From assembly GCA_963767035.1 (NCBI GenBank), contig CAVYBW010000001.1, positions 2,246,547 through 2,310,546 of the forward strand: DNA of 64,000 nucleotides, written 5' to 3'. The translations under genes were made by a program, and so were the position numbers. The notes beneath the pieces were generated by a model. It was not told the origin of the DNA. It ran no database searches and saw only the letters and a program-made list of their open reading frames with translations. Source of the stretch: an uncultured Chloroflexia bacterium (lineage in GTDB: Bacteria; Chloroflexota; Chloroflexia; Chloroflexales; Herpetosiphonaceae). Within the stretch, counting starts at the first letter, position 1. Every line of letters starts with the position of its first letter. Positions 20,590 through 30,141 of the stretch are shown one piece after another.

Positions 20590-20910
20590 CTAATGAAGTC
20601 CATTAATTATAATCTCGATCACCTCAAGTTCAGGATAATCCTGAATTTTTACTCCAGCGACCGATTCGAGAATCGTACCATCAATCGTCTTTGCAATAAT
20701 CAGTGGTTGATCCGATAGATCGTTTTGCAATGTCGTCGACTGTATGTGTTGACGAATAGCATCATAATGAATACTTGGCTCAAATATACCGCCAATAACC
20801 CCCATCGTTCGATCATAAATCAGCAAATCTGCTGATCCAATCATATCAGTATTGCAAAAAAACCAGCATTTCAAGCTACGCTCTTCTAACCTCATCGTCA
20901 AACCCAGCAA
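20590..20910 (-). CDS. Hypothetical protein in an AT-rich segment.
   Basis: ORF only. No RBS and no recognisable family. The region 20500-21000 has lower GC. Confidence 0.25.
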   Translation of the reverse strand: MLGLTMRLEERSLKCWFFCNTDMIGSADLLIYDRTMGVIGGIFEPSIHYDAIRQHIQSTTLQNDLSDQPLIIAKTIDGTILESVAGVKIQDYPELEVIEIIINGLH

Positions 20911-21070
20911 TCAGTAATATGCTGATTGCGGTACACTGTGAGCGCCTCAGTTACTAGTCCCAATAATACATGATAAAGGGCAGCAGGAATTTAGCTGATG
21001 ATCATCCCACGGCACAGCGTGCTATTGCTGCGGCATGGGGAATCGTCATCGCGTACACAGAAAGGATGCT

Positions 21071-21988
21071 ATGAAGCAGGCTGTTGGTGATTCATCGGTT
21101 TCTTCTCCACCCCAGCACGCCGACCCATCGGCAAACCGCCAGGGCTGGTTCGGGATTGCGGCCATGCTGCTCTCGGCAACCGCCTTTGGCTGGTTGGGGG
21201 TATTTGCGCGGCTAGCCTACGACGATGGAACTGAGCCGATCACGGTGTTATGCTTGCGATTCAGTATCGCCGCCATCGTCATGTTCGGAATCCTGCGGGT
21301 TCGTGGCGAACGACTGCCACGCGGCAAGGTGCTTATTGGCTTGATCCTGCTGGGTGGGATCGGATATGTGGCGCAATCGCTTGCTTATTTTGTTGCGCTC
21401 ACCATGGCCTCGGCGGGCTTAGTTGCGGTGTTGCTGTATCTCTATCCAGGGCTCGTTACCTTAATATCAGTTGTGTTCTTCAAGGAACGGCTGACCCCAC
21501 GTATGGTGCTGGCATTGGTGTTGGCACTGGCCGGCTCTGCTTTGGCAATCGGCCCAATCGGCGGTGGCAAACCACTGGGCATCCTCCTCGCGATCAGCGG
21601 GGCGGTGATCTATGCCATCTATATCACAGCGGGAAGCAAGATCACCGCGCGGGCTGGAGCCATTCCCTCATCAACCGTGATTATGAGTGCAGCAGCGGTG
21701 GTTTATACAGGGATAATGCTGGCACGCGGCCCGGTATGGCCAGCGACCACAAATGGCTGGCTAGCGATTGTCGGGATTGCCCTTATTTCAACGGTGCTGG
21801 CGATTGTTATGTTCTTTGTGGGTCTGGAACGCATTGGCCCGACCGCCGGATCGACGATCTCGGCGCTGGAACCCTTGGTATCAGTGGGAGCGGCAGTCGT
21901 CGTGCTCCACGAACCAATCAGCATCTGGCAACTGGGTGGTGGCCTGCTGATTCTTACAGCGGTCATCCTGCTGGCCCGCAATTCGTAA
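21071..21988 (+). CDS. EamA/DMT-superfamily transporter.
   Basis: About 10 TM helices with duplicated EamA-like halves. ATG at 21071 has an AAAGGA RBS. The ORF track starts at 21035. Confidence 0.75.
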   Translation: MKQAVGDSSVSSPPQHADPSANRQGWFGIAAMLLSATAFGWLGVFARLAYDDGTEPITVLCLRFSIAAIVMFGILRVRGERLPRGKVLIGLILLGGIGYVAQSLAYFVALTMASAGLVAVLLYLYPGLVTLISVVFFKERLTPRMVLALVLALAGSALAIGPIGGGKPLGILLAISGAVIYAIYITAGSKITARAGAIPSSTVIMSAAAVVYTGIMLARGPVWPATTNGWLAIVGIALISTVLAIVMFFVGLERIGPTAGSTISALEPLVSVGAAVVVLHEPISIWQLGGGLLILTAVILLARNS

Positions 21989-21994
21989 GGATTA

Positions 21995-22050
21995 AATGTG
22001 CGTTCCCTCACCCCCCCCAACCCCTCGCCCACTGGACGCGGGAGAGGGGA
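21995..22050. repeat. GC-rich palindromic (REP-like) element.
   Basis: tccctcaccccccccaacccctcgccc-actggacgc-gggagagggga. The same family recurs at 35851-36048. Confidence 0.7.
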
Positions 22051-22256
22051 GTTGGTAGGGTACAATCCATAGCTATTCATGCTATGAACCATTACAATTA
22101 GCCAGTAGTATTGCTATCACGATTAACTGAACGCTGATGGATGTACCGCCAGCAGGTCAGATTAGGCTGTTGGCGGAGGTTTTTTTAGCCCGAAACGATT
22201 ATCTACAAATCGCTGGAGCGCCGAATATCAACGCTTGAGCATTGGGTAGAGTAGGT

Positions 22257-22799
22257 TTATGGCACCCAAATTTTGAGATCATTGGTTATTTCGGGGCACA
22301 TTCCACGCCAACCAAGCTCGCTGGCTTGTTCATCGGGCAAGAATAACTGAATCGTATATTGCTTACTCGTGCCATCAGGAAAGCTCATTTGAATTGGAAG
22401 TTTGCCAAACATACCCAATTCACCATCTTGTTGACTGCGCTCTACCTGCCATGAACCTTGGTTGGATAGAATCTCAATCTGCACGCTAGGCGTTGGCATT
22501 ATGGTTGGCGTTGGCGAATTGTTCCACGAAATTGATCCATAGCCGTTGTCGAGCACAGGCCAAATAAATTTGCGCCGGACTCTAGAGTTGGCGTTAATTT
22601 CCAATAAGCGCCCAACCATCGAGCGCACTTCAGCATCGGATGGTTGGGTTGCCTGCAATCGCACAGGGCTGCTTGTATGCGCAATCAATGGTGGTTCGGT
22701 GGTTTGTCTATCTGCGGCTGGCCCACACGCTGCGATCAAAATCATGAGCGCCAATCCAACCATCCAATAGCGAACTCGTAATCGATGTTGCAAATTCAA
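22257..22799 (-). CDS. Putative lipoprotein.
   Basis: Signal peptide with lipobox LIAAC. No other domain recognised. Confidence 0.5.
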   Translation of the reverse strand: MNLQHRLRVRYWMVGLALMILIAACGPAADRQTTEPPLIAHTSSPVRLQATQPSDAEVRSMVGRLLEINANSRVRRKFIWPVLDNGYGSISWNNSPTPTIMPTPSVQIEILSNQGSWQVERSQQDGELGMFGKLPIQMSFPDGTSKQYTIQLFLPDEQASELGWRGMCPEITNDLKIWVP

Positions 22800-22857
22800 C
22801 TCCTTCTCATCAGCAAGTTTTGATCTATTCTAGCCGCAGAGTTTGCAGTATGGAAGG

Positions 22858-23940
22858 TCAACAGCGTGTCAAACGAGGTTCATAACGCCATAGATGCACC
22901 GTACAGCCACGCAGCGATGCTGCCAAATACATGCCGGTTACATCCCATTCAAGGATTAATGGAATCATGATCATTCTTGCACCAACTTCCGCAACGTCAG
23001 TTATAACCGTTGCCAGATGTTTCCCATGGCGATCCCAACATTGAATCTGATTGTTCCAAGCTGCGATGGCAAAGAAATCACCACTCGGATGCCATGCCAG
23101 CGCCATGACCGTTGCGTCCAATTCAATGCTGATGATCTGGCCATTTAAATTGCGTATTTGGAGTTTGGTTTGATTGGCTTGGGCTAAAAGAGTGCCATCA
23201 GGCGACCATCCAAAACAGCGGGCATGTTCCCACTCACGTTGATCACTATCTAGTTCCCATTGATCAAGAATTTGGCCTGCTACATCGATGAGCATGGCTG
23301 ATAATTCAGTCCGAATAACAAATTGCGGTCGTTTGGGATGCCAAATACATTCAATCACGCGGCTAGGTTGCCTAGGTTTAATTATGTTCTGCGTGATCAT
23401 TTGGCCATTACGCTGCCAAATACGCAACTCAATTGCGTTTAAGTTGGTTTGATTCCACGCAGCTACCAGATATTTGCCATCCGCCGACCAAACTAGATTA
23501 TCCTTAAAGTATTGCGGTGCTAGATTCTGACCAAGCCCATGACTCGTAGCACTCGCTAAATCCCATAATTGCCAAAAATTCTGTTTGGCGATATAGCTAA
23601 CTACTTGTGGATAAACTGGATTCCACGCCATACGCGAGCCTGGCCACGCCATGCGCGAGCCTGGTATTTGATGGATCAAACGACCATGTTGATTCCACAA
23701 TTGAATAGTATTGGCTCGAACTGCAAGCATGGTTCCATTGAGCACCCATTGAAGATCTTCCACATAGCTCTGGCAATTTAATCGGGTTTGTAATTGACCA
23801 TCTGAATTCCAAATAGTAACCTCATGGCGTTGTTGATAATTTAATGTTGAGCCAGTTGCTAATAGCGCCTGATGTGGATGCCATGCGATTGGATTTGGCG
23901 TATAGCCCCATCTGCCACATTGAACGTGATAAGTAATCAT
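22858..23940 (-). CDS. WD40/beta-propeller repeat protein.
   Basis: Recurrent W-x-x-D/W-x-W repeats typical of WD40 blades. Start probably MITYHVQ at 23940; the ORF track runs to 24036 through a promoter-like repeat region. Internal 21-bp in-frame tandem duplication (AWPGSRM x2) around 23628-23669. Confidence 0.6.
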   Translation of the reverse strand: MITYHVQCGRWGYTPNPIAWHPHQALLATGSTLNYQQRHEVTIWNSDGQLQTRLNCQSYVEDLQWVLNGTMLAVRANTIQLWNQHGRLIHQIPGSRMAWPGSRMAWNPVYPQVVSYIAKQNFWQLWDLASATSHGLGQNLAPQYFKDNLVWSADGKYLVAAWNQTNLNAIELRIWQRNGQMITQNIIKPRQPSRVIECIWHPKRPQFVIRTELSAMLIDVAGQILDQWELDSDQREWEHARCFGWSPDGTLLAQANQTKLQIRNLNGQIISIELDATVMALAWHPSGDFFAIAAWNNQIQCWDRHGKHLATVITDVAEVGARMIMIPLILEWDVTGMYLAASLRGCTVHLWRYEPRLTRC

Positions 23941-23964
23941 TCTAGTGCGCCTTGAAGTATTTGT

Positions 23965-24025
23965 AGCCTTGATTATAATGCGAGGAAATTGAGCGTTTGC
24001 AGCTTGATTATAATGCGAGGAATAT
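23965..24025. promoter_or_regulatory. Two 19-bp direct repeats, each with a perfect TATAAT, in the divergent WD40/NUDIX promoter region.
   Basis: cttgattataatgcgagga occurs twice, at about 23969 and 24004, immediately upstream of the NUDIX ATG at 24028. Confidence 0.4.
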
Positions 24026-24027
24026 CG

Positions 24028-24522
24028 ATGCAGCAACCGACTTGGTTAATTACCAGCCATCAACAACAATGGCAAGTCCGTTGGTATGCTGCCGATGCTG
24101 AGCCAGCAGGACAAGCCCATGGCTCAGCGGGCATTTGCCTCACACCTGAGCGCCAAATTATTGTGGTCAGTCAAAATGGCATTGATTGGGATGTGCCAGC
24201 TGGCCGCAGCGAAGTTGGTGAATCGTGGGTAGCGACGCTGCGGCGTGAGGTTGCTGAAGAAGCTTGTGCCCATGTGCAAACCACCCAATTACTAGGCTTT
24301 TGCCAAAGTCACTGTATTGCTGGAGCTGAACAAGGCTTAGTGTTGGTACGAGCTTTTTGGTTGACGCAGGTTGAAGTTCAACCATGGCAGCCACAATTTG
24401 AAATGCGTGAACGGCGAATGCTTGAACCTGCGAAAATTTGGGCCTACCTGCCAGCTGACTATGTGCCAATTTATCGGCATGTTTTGCAGGTAGCCCAATT
24501 GGATGCGAACGAACAGCGCTAG
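24028..24522 (+). CDS. NUDIX hydrolase.
   Basis: Nudix box GRSEVGESWVATLRREVAEEA (GX5EX7REUXEEXGU). Confidence 0.75.
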   Translation: MQQPTWLITSHQQQWQVRWYAADAEPAGQAHGSAGICLTPERQIIVVSQNGIDWDVPAGRSEVGESWVATLRREVAEEACAHVQTTQLLGFCQSHCIAGAEQGLVLVRAFWLTQVEVQPWQPQFEMRERRMLEPAKIWAYLPADYVPIYRHVLQVAQLDANEQR

Positions 24523-24556
24523 ATTGAGTTTTCTAGCCTAGCACCAAGCATCGTGC

Positions 24557-25234
24557 TTAGCGCATCCAGCGACTCAAACCCAACTCCCATACGACGATTA
24601 AAGTATTCAATTGAGCTAGAAATAAGCTCACCACAATAAATGTAAGACAGCGAAACAACACATATAATTGAATTTTCCGCGTATATACTAAACCAAATCC
24701 ATAGCTAAATAATCCAAGCAGCATAAGCACTGGCAGCATATTCCATCCTTTAGATAACCAGTAGAATAAAGGAATCGATATTACTGTAATCATTATTATT
24801 TTGATCAGAAGATATTCAGGTTGCAGTGGCAATGTCGATTGAGTAATATGTTTAAACAAAATTGTGATAAAACCAAGCGATGATACCGTTATAAATATTA
24901 TTGTTACCAATATAGGTAATATTCTTGCAATTGTTGATCCATTAACAAACATAGCCGATGTATAAAATGGTATTAGTAAACCAAGCGAGAAAAATAAATT
25001 TCTCCAGCCATACGTTTTACGATCAAAATTAATACCATCAATCATTTCTGGCAAATGATCAAGACCATAGCCTAAGAAGATAACCCCCGATAAGATAAGT
25101 AGTTTTAGAAATAATATCCAATTTGAGGCTATCAAGATTGAGGACGGCAACATAAGCAGTCCAACGATAATACATGGCAGGGCCAAGATTAAGAAAATGT
25201 ACGGTAATGGTTGAGTAATTCGTCGCTTGAGCAT
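24557..25234 (-). CDS. Polytopic membrane protein of unknown function (low GC).
   Basis: About 7 predicted TM helices. AT-rich codon usage that contrasts with neighbouring genes. Confidence 0.5.
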   Translation of the reverse strand: MLKRRITQPLPYIFLILALPCIIVGLLMLPSSILIASNWILFLKLLILSGVIFLGYGLDHLPEMIDGINFDRKTYGWRNLFFSLGLLIPFYTSAMFVNGSTIARILPILVTIIFITVSSLGFITILFKHITQSTLPLQPEYLLIKIIMITVISIPLFYWLSKGWNMLPVLMLLGLFSYGFGLVYTRKIQLYVLFRCLTFIVVSLFLAQLNTLIVVWELGLSRWMR

Positions 25235-25639
25235 GATTTCTCCTCAGACAATACATTTGATGATTTGGTTGATATTCTCAATCAACCGCTGGTACTACGT
25301 GCAATTGAAGCTTTGGTTGCGCCATCCTGGCTTCAGGCCACGATTTTTTAGCCACATATTGACACAGATTATTGGGATTATGCTTGCTGCATTAAGCCAA
25401 AGCTTGCATAACGCTGCGCTGCTGCGTTATTAATGAAATCATTTTTTAGCTCCGAATTCCACAAATTATAGTTTCATCCCTCGTACTTCACAACTCTGCA
25501 CCACTGCGTTAAACTAAAATCCGCTTTTTAGCCACGAGAATTGCCCGAATTACCCAAACCATGTTCCGATAGCCCATAGCCCTCAGCCAAAAGCCATAAC
25601 GTTCCTCATTCATCCCTCATCCTTCATCCCTATAAAAAA

Positions 25640-25700
25640 CTGCTGCTTGACTCTATAGCATAGTATAGGGTTTATGCTAAGCAGCAGAAAGGAATTGAGC
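25640..25700 (+). promoter_or_regulatory. Putative MerR promoter/operator.
   Basis: ctgctgctt...aagcagcag inverted repeat flanking TTGACT-ctatagcatagtataggg-TTTATGCT. The long spacer is typical of MerR-type promoters. Confidence 0.35.
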
Positions 25701-25701
25701 G

Positions 25702-26112
25702 ATGCAAATTGGCCAAGTAGCCCGCCGCTGTGGCGTAAGTGTCCAAACCGTGCGCTTGTATGAACGCATGGGCTTGATCGAAACTGCCCAACGGCGCGAA
25801 TCAGGCTATCGTGATTATTCAAATACGGTGATTGCGCGGATTCTGGCGATTAAGCAAGGCCAAACGTTGGGCTTTAGCTTGCGTGAAATGGGCATGTTTC
25901 TGCAACTCAGCCCGCAAACAGCCGAGCAGCAGCTGATTCAGCAATTCGTTGGGCAGAAAGTCCAGCAGATCGACCAAACGATTCAGCAGTTTCAACGCTT
26001 GCGCCAAGCCTTACATGAATTTGCCACTCGTTCCAGCGACGACCCAAGCGAATGCCCAGTTATTCGCGCTTTGGCCGAGATGGCCTGTATACAAGGAGTT
26101 TCTGATGCTTAG
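25702..26112 (+). CDS. MerR-family transcriptional regulator.
   Basis: HTH MQIGQVARRCGVSVQTVRLYERMGLI. A coiled-coil dimerisation helix follows. Confidence 0.85.
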   Translation: MQIGQVARRCGVSVQTVRLYERMGLIETAQRRESGYRDYSNTVIARILAIKQGQTLGFSLREMGMFLQLSPQTAEQQLIQQFVGQKVQQIDQTIQQFQRLRQALHEFATRSSDDPSECPVIRALAEMACIQGVSDA

Positions 26113-26500
26113 AACAACTCAAAGTTTACGCTGGTTTGGTTGGTATGCAGTTGGTACTGGCTTGTTGGCAGCACTCACGCCAAATCTCTTGCTGAGCATA
26201 TTTGGCTTGCCAGCAAGCAATGAGGTTTGGCTGCGGGTGGCTGGCATGCTTTTGGGCTTTATCGGCATATTGCACCTAAATGTCAGCCCAATTAACCTCC
26301 AACGCTATGCATTAACCACGGTGATCTTGCGGCTCAGTGTGCCGTTGATTTTTGGTTGGTGGGTAATTACCGGGCTGGCACCATGGCAATTGCTCTTGTT
26401 TGCTGGCGCTGATGTGGTTGGCGCAATCGCCACGCTCTGGGGCTTGCGGGTTGATCAACGAACGGGCAACCAACGCCAAACTAGCGCGATTGCCCGCTAA
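26105..26500 (+). CDS. Small membrane protein (131 aa, about 4 TM), translationally coupled to merR.
   Basis: Its ATG at 26105 overlaps the merR stop by 8 nt. Hydrophobic segments WFGWYAVGTGLLAAL and VAGMLLGFIGILHL. The ORF track lists it from 25949. Confidence 0.55.
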   Translation: MLRTTQSLRWFGWYAVGTGLLAALTPNLLLSIFGLPASNEVWLRVAGMLLGFIGILHLNVSPINLQRYALTTVILRLSVPLIFGWWVITGLAPWQLLLFAGADVVGAIATLWGLRVDQRTGNQRQTSAIAR

Positions 26501-26505
26501 AAAAT

Positions 26506-27768
26506 CTAATCGCGAACGTGACCAGCGCCGCGTACAACCCATTTATACGAGGTTAGTTCGCGCAACGCCATTGGGCCACGGGCATGCAATTTTTGGGTGC
26601 TGATCGCAATCTCAGCGCCCAAGCCCAGTTGTGAGCCATCGGTGAACCTGGTTGAGGAGTTGGCATAAACCACCGCCGAATCAACTTCGTTCAAAAAGCG
26701 CTCAATCGCCGCAGGGTCTTGCGATAAAATTGTGTCGGAATGGTCGGTGCCATACTGATCAATATGCTCAATCGCTTGATCAAGCCCATCGACCACTCGC
26801 ACTGCTAGGATTAACGCCGAGAACTCTTGGCCAAAATCATCGGGTTGGGCCGCCACTAAATTCCAATCAGCGCTGCCAGATTCACGTAAAATTGCCAACG
26901 CTTCAGGATCACAACGCAATTCGACCTTGTGCTCTTGCAAGGCTGCGCCAACCCGTGGCAGGACTTTGGCGGCTGCACTGCGCTCGACCAACAACGTTTC
27001 GAGCGAATTGCAAACGCTTGGGCGTTGCACCTTGGCGTTGATGATGATCGGCACAACTTGCTCTAGTGGCGCTGTATGGTCAACATAGGCATGGCACACG
27101 CCAATTCCGCCAGTAATAACGGGAATAGTAGCAGTTTGGCGGCAAAAAGTGTGCAAGCCCGACCCACCACGCGGAATAATCATATCCACGTAGCGATCCA
27201 AGATCAGCAGGCCACGCACCAATTCGCGATCAGGATTATCGATCAATTGCAAGGCATCAGCCGGTAAATCAACCCGTTCTAGGGCACGGCGTAAAGCTTG
27301 CACTAACGCCCCAGCCGAACGAGTGATTTCCTTGCCGCCACGCAAAATCACCGCACTGCCAGCTTTGATACACAAGGCCGCCACATCAGCGGTGACATTT
27401 GGTCGAGCTTCGTAAATTACGCCGATCACGCCCAGCGGCACACGGCGTTTTTCCATGCGCAAGCCATTGGGCAACACGCCCTGCTCAAACACTTCACCAA
27501 GCGGATCAGGCAAGACTGATACCGTGCGTACATCGTTGGCAATCGCTTCAAGCCGTTGTTCGTTGAGTAATAAGCGATCAAGCAAGGCTGGCGTTAATCC
27601 AGCTTCGCGCCCAAGCCGCATATCAGCATCGTTGGCCGAAAGAATCGATTCGCGATCAAGGCTTAGTTCTTCGGCCATGGCCTCGACGGCGGCATTACGT
27701 TGAGCTGTGGTTGTGCGGGCCAAGATTCGGGCTGCCAGCTTTGCACGCTGACCCATTGCCTCAAGCAT
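26506..27768 (-). CDS. proA: Gamma-glutamyl phosphate reductase.
   Basis: 420 aa in the aldehyde-dehydrogenase fold. Catalytic Cys region. Genomic context with proB. Confidence 0.9.
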   Translation of the reverse strand: MLEAMGQRAKLAARILARTTTAQRNAAVEAMAEELSLDRESILSANDADMRLGREAGLTPALLDRLLLNEQRLEAIANDVRTVSVLPDPLGEVFEQGVLPNGLRMEKRRVPLGVIGVIYEARPNVTADVAALCIKAGSAVILRGGKEITRSAGALVQALRRALERVDLPADALQLIDNPDRELVRGLLILDRYVDMIIPRGGSGLHTFCRQTATIPVITGGIGVCHAYVDHTAPLEQVVPIIINAKVQRPSVCNSLETLLVERSAAAKVLPRVGAALQEHKVELRCDPEALAILRESGSADWNLVAAQPDDFGQEFSALILAVRVVDGLDQAIEHIDQYGTDHSDTILSQDPAAIERFLNEVDSAVVYANSSTRFTDGSQLGLGAEIAISTQKLHARGPMALRELTSYKWVVRGAGHVRD

Positions 27769-27790
27769 CGGACACTCCTCATACTAGCCA

Positions 27791-28486
27791 TCATAACTCG
27801 CCAAGTGGGGCTGCCGGATGATCTTCGCCTTCAAGATTGCCTTCGAGTTGCCAACGTACTGCGGCATGCAAATGCACAGCATCGTTGTAGCCACCCAGAA
27901 ACCAGCGCATCTGCCCACCGCGTTCATGCTGATACCAATGGGTCAACGATGTATTGGTCACTTCTAGGTCAATATTCGGTTGCTCGCTGCGGCTATGTGG
28001 CCAAAAATAACTTAACGATGATTCTATCACCCAACCATGGCAAACAATTGCAATCGTGGCATCGGGGTTGGCATTCAGCACTCGTTCAAAATTGCTGTGG
28101 GTGCGCTGGCAAAAGGTTTGCCAAGTCTCGCCACCAGGCGATAAAGGCTTGCGCAAATCAAAATCAAACTTGCCATAGCGGGCATTATATTCTTTCCAAG
28201 ACAGGCCATCGGCCTCGCCAACATTGAATTCACAAAAGGTTTCGTCGTAGATTAAGGCTTGGGCAAAGGCCGGAGCAATAATTTCGGCGGTTTGCATCGC
28301 CCGTGGCATCGTACTACAGATAAACAGATCGGGCACAATTTCCCGGGTTGCGATCAGCCGGTCGCGCAAATGCTCAGCTTGCTGCACACCCAAAGCTGTC
28401 AAGCCACGATCACCCTTAATGCCACCAATAATTGGCTCAACATTCACCACAGCCTGCCCATGGCGAATCAAATAGAGTTTAGCCAT
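27791..28486 (-). CDS. Histidine phosphatase (phosphoglycerate mutase-like) family protein.
   Basis: MAKLYLIRHGQAVVN RHG motif at the N-terminus and a catalytic His in VCHGW. The ORF track's extension to 28576 reads through the repeat array. Confidence 0.75.
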   Translation of the reverse strand: MAKLYLIRHGQAVVNVEPIIGGIKGDRGLTALGVQQAEHLRDRLIATREIVPDLFICSTMPRAMQTAEIIAPAFAQALIYDETFCEFNVGEADGLSWKEYNARYGKFDFDLRKPLSPGGETWQTFCQRTHSNFERVLNANPDATIAIVCHGWVIESSLSYFWPHSRSEQPNIDLEVTNTSLTHWYQHERGGQMRWFLGGYNDAVHLHAAVRWQLEGNLEGEDHPAAPLGEL

Positions 28487-28563
28487 AATACCCCTTTCTA
28501 CAATGATGAAGGATGAATTCTCATTCCTCAAATAATCACATCTTTTTAGAAATAAGCAAAAAT

Positions 28564-28654
28564 CCTCATCCCTCATCCCTCATCCCTCATCCCTCATCCC
28601 TCATCCCTCATCCCTCATCCCTCATCCCTCATCCCTCATCCCTCATCCCTCATC
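28564..28654. repeat. Perfect heptanucleotide microsatellite (CCTCATC)13.
   Basis: 13 uninterrupted copies. It supplies the last codons (D-E-G) and the TGA stop of proB, and lies about 80 nt upstream of the phosphatase start. Confidence 0.95.
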
Positions 28655-29752
28655 CTTAACAAAGGCCACCATATCATCGCGGTGAATCACTTCATCGCCA
28701 TAAGAATACCCAAGGATACTTTCGATATCACTGGTACGTGAGCCTTTGATTTGAGCAACTTCGTGAGCCGCATATTGGCATAAACCACAGGCAATCGCTT
28801 GACCGTCGGGGGCAACAATCGCTACAGTTTGGCCGCGTCGCCATTCGCCTTCAACCGCCACAATCCCTGCTGGCAAGAGGCTTCGGCCTTGCTGGGTTAG
28901 GGCTTGCACCGCGCCTGCATCGACCGCAATATGCGCTTGGCGCACCCGTTCAGCCATAATCCAGCGCTTGCGGCTCTCTAGGCGGGTGCTCACTGGCCGA
29001 AAACGGGTGCCAACACTCTCGCCAGCGGCCAAGCGTAGCAACACATCAGGCTCGTTGCCAGCAGCAATTACCATGGTTGTGCCAGCACGGGTCGCCAATT
29101 CGGCAGCTTGAATTTTGGTAAACATCCCGCCAGTGCCACGATGCGAGCCAGCGGCCCCAGCCAAAGCATACACCTGTTCATTCACCGCTGCCACATCGTC
29201 GATCAGCGTTGCCGCAGGGTTATGGCGTGGATCGGCGCTATACAAACCAGCAATATCACTCAAAATAACCAATAGCTGAGCGTCAACCAAATTTGCTACC
29301 AAGGCCGAGAGCGTGTCGTTATCACCGACCCGAATCTCATCGACTGCGACTGCATCGTTTTCGTTGATAATTGGCAGCACGCCAATTTCCAAGCAAGTCA
29401 ACAAGGTTGCGCGGGCATTCAGGTAGCGCACCCGATCGCGCAGATCGGCGCGGGTCAGCAAGGTTTGAGCAACTGGCACATCGTAAATTTCAAATAATTG
29501 GCCATAGATATGCATTAAACGGCCTTGACCAACTGCCGCCAGCGCCTGCTTGTGGGTCAGCTCGCGTCGCCGCTTGGGGAAGCCTAAGCGCTCCCAGCCT
29601 GCTAAAACCGCACCTGAAGAAACCAACACGACTTCATGGCCAACAGAGCGCAACTGCGCCATCTGGCGGGCCAAATCGACCATGCGCGGGCGATGCAAAC
29701 GGTCGGTGCCATCGGTCAAAACGCTCGTGCCAAGTTTAATTACAATTCGCAT
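28643..29752 (-). CDS. proB: Glutamate 5-kinase with a C-terminal PUA domain.
   Basis: MRIVIKLGTSVLT amino-acid-kinase N-terminus, and 369 aa in total. Confidence 0.9.
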   Translation of the reverse strand: MRIVIKLGTSVLTDGTDRLHRPRMVDLARQMAQLRSVGHEVVLVSSGAVLAGWERLGFPKRRRELTHKQALAAVGQGRLMHIYGQLFEIYDVPVAQTLLTRADLRDRVRYLNARATLLTCLEIGVLPIINENDAVAVDEIRVGDNDTLSALVANLVDAQLLVILSDIAGLYSADPRHNPAATLIDDVAAVNEQVYALAGAAGSHRGTGGMFTKIQAAELATRAGTTMVIAAGNEPDVLLRLAAGESVGTRFRPVSTRLESRKRWIMAERVRQAHIAVDAGAVQALTQQGRSLLPAGIVAVEGEWRRGQTVAIVAPDGQAIACGLCQYAAHEVAQIKGSRTSDIESILGYSYGDEVIHRDDMVAFVKDEG

Positions 29753-29840
29753 AGCAAAGCTCTATTCACAAAGATTATTACAACTAGCTATTTTAACGCC
29801 TAGCTCCAAATTGGTTTTAGCCGAATCACAAAAGCTGCGT

Positions 29841-30085
29841 TTTAAAACCACGAAGAGCACGAAGGGCACGAAGAACGAAACCGCGAAGCACACGAAGATC
29901 GCGAAGGCTGAATTTTTTAGCCACAGATGATCACTGATGAGAATGATGGATAAACCTAGCATTGGCCGATTAGGTATTGGGTTTCATCCCTCATAATTCA
30001 TCCTTCATCCTTATTTTCTGCCTTTTGATTTTGCCTTTTGTCTTCTCTTATGTTCTATGCTCTTTGCTCTATGTTCTTAAAGCAA
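29841..30085. repeat. Mosaic intergenic repeat built from modules B (CACGAAG), A (TCATCC) and D (TTTTGCCTTTTG).
   Basis: accacgaagagcacgaagggcacgaag...tttcatccctcataattcatccttcatcc...ttctgccttttgattttgccttttgtc. The same modules recur at 25440-25640, 33951-34240 and elsewhere. Confidence 0.8.
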
Positions 30086-30141
30086 CAGGCCATGGAGCAC
30101 CAACACTCCACGGCCTGCGAAAAGTATGATTATGTCAATGG

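Noticed and set aside
21250-22101. 283-aa ORF overlapping the DMT transporter in another frame.
   Set aside because: Arg/Gly/Cys-rich product with no hydrophobic segments. The co-located frame encodes a clean 10-TM EamA protein.
28486-28576. N-terminal extension MRDEDFCLFLKRCDYLRNENSSFIIVERGI of the histidine phosphatase ORF.
   Set aside because: It is encoded by the heptamer array and its flank. The conserved RHG start MAKLYLIRHG sits at 28486.
28564-28654. Possible CRISPR array.
   Set aside because: It is a 7-bp perfect microsatellite with no spacers and no cas genes, so it is not CRISPR.
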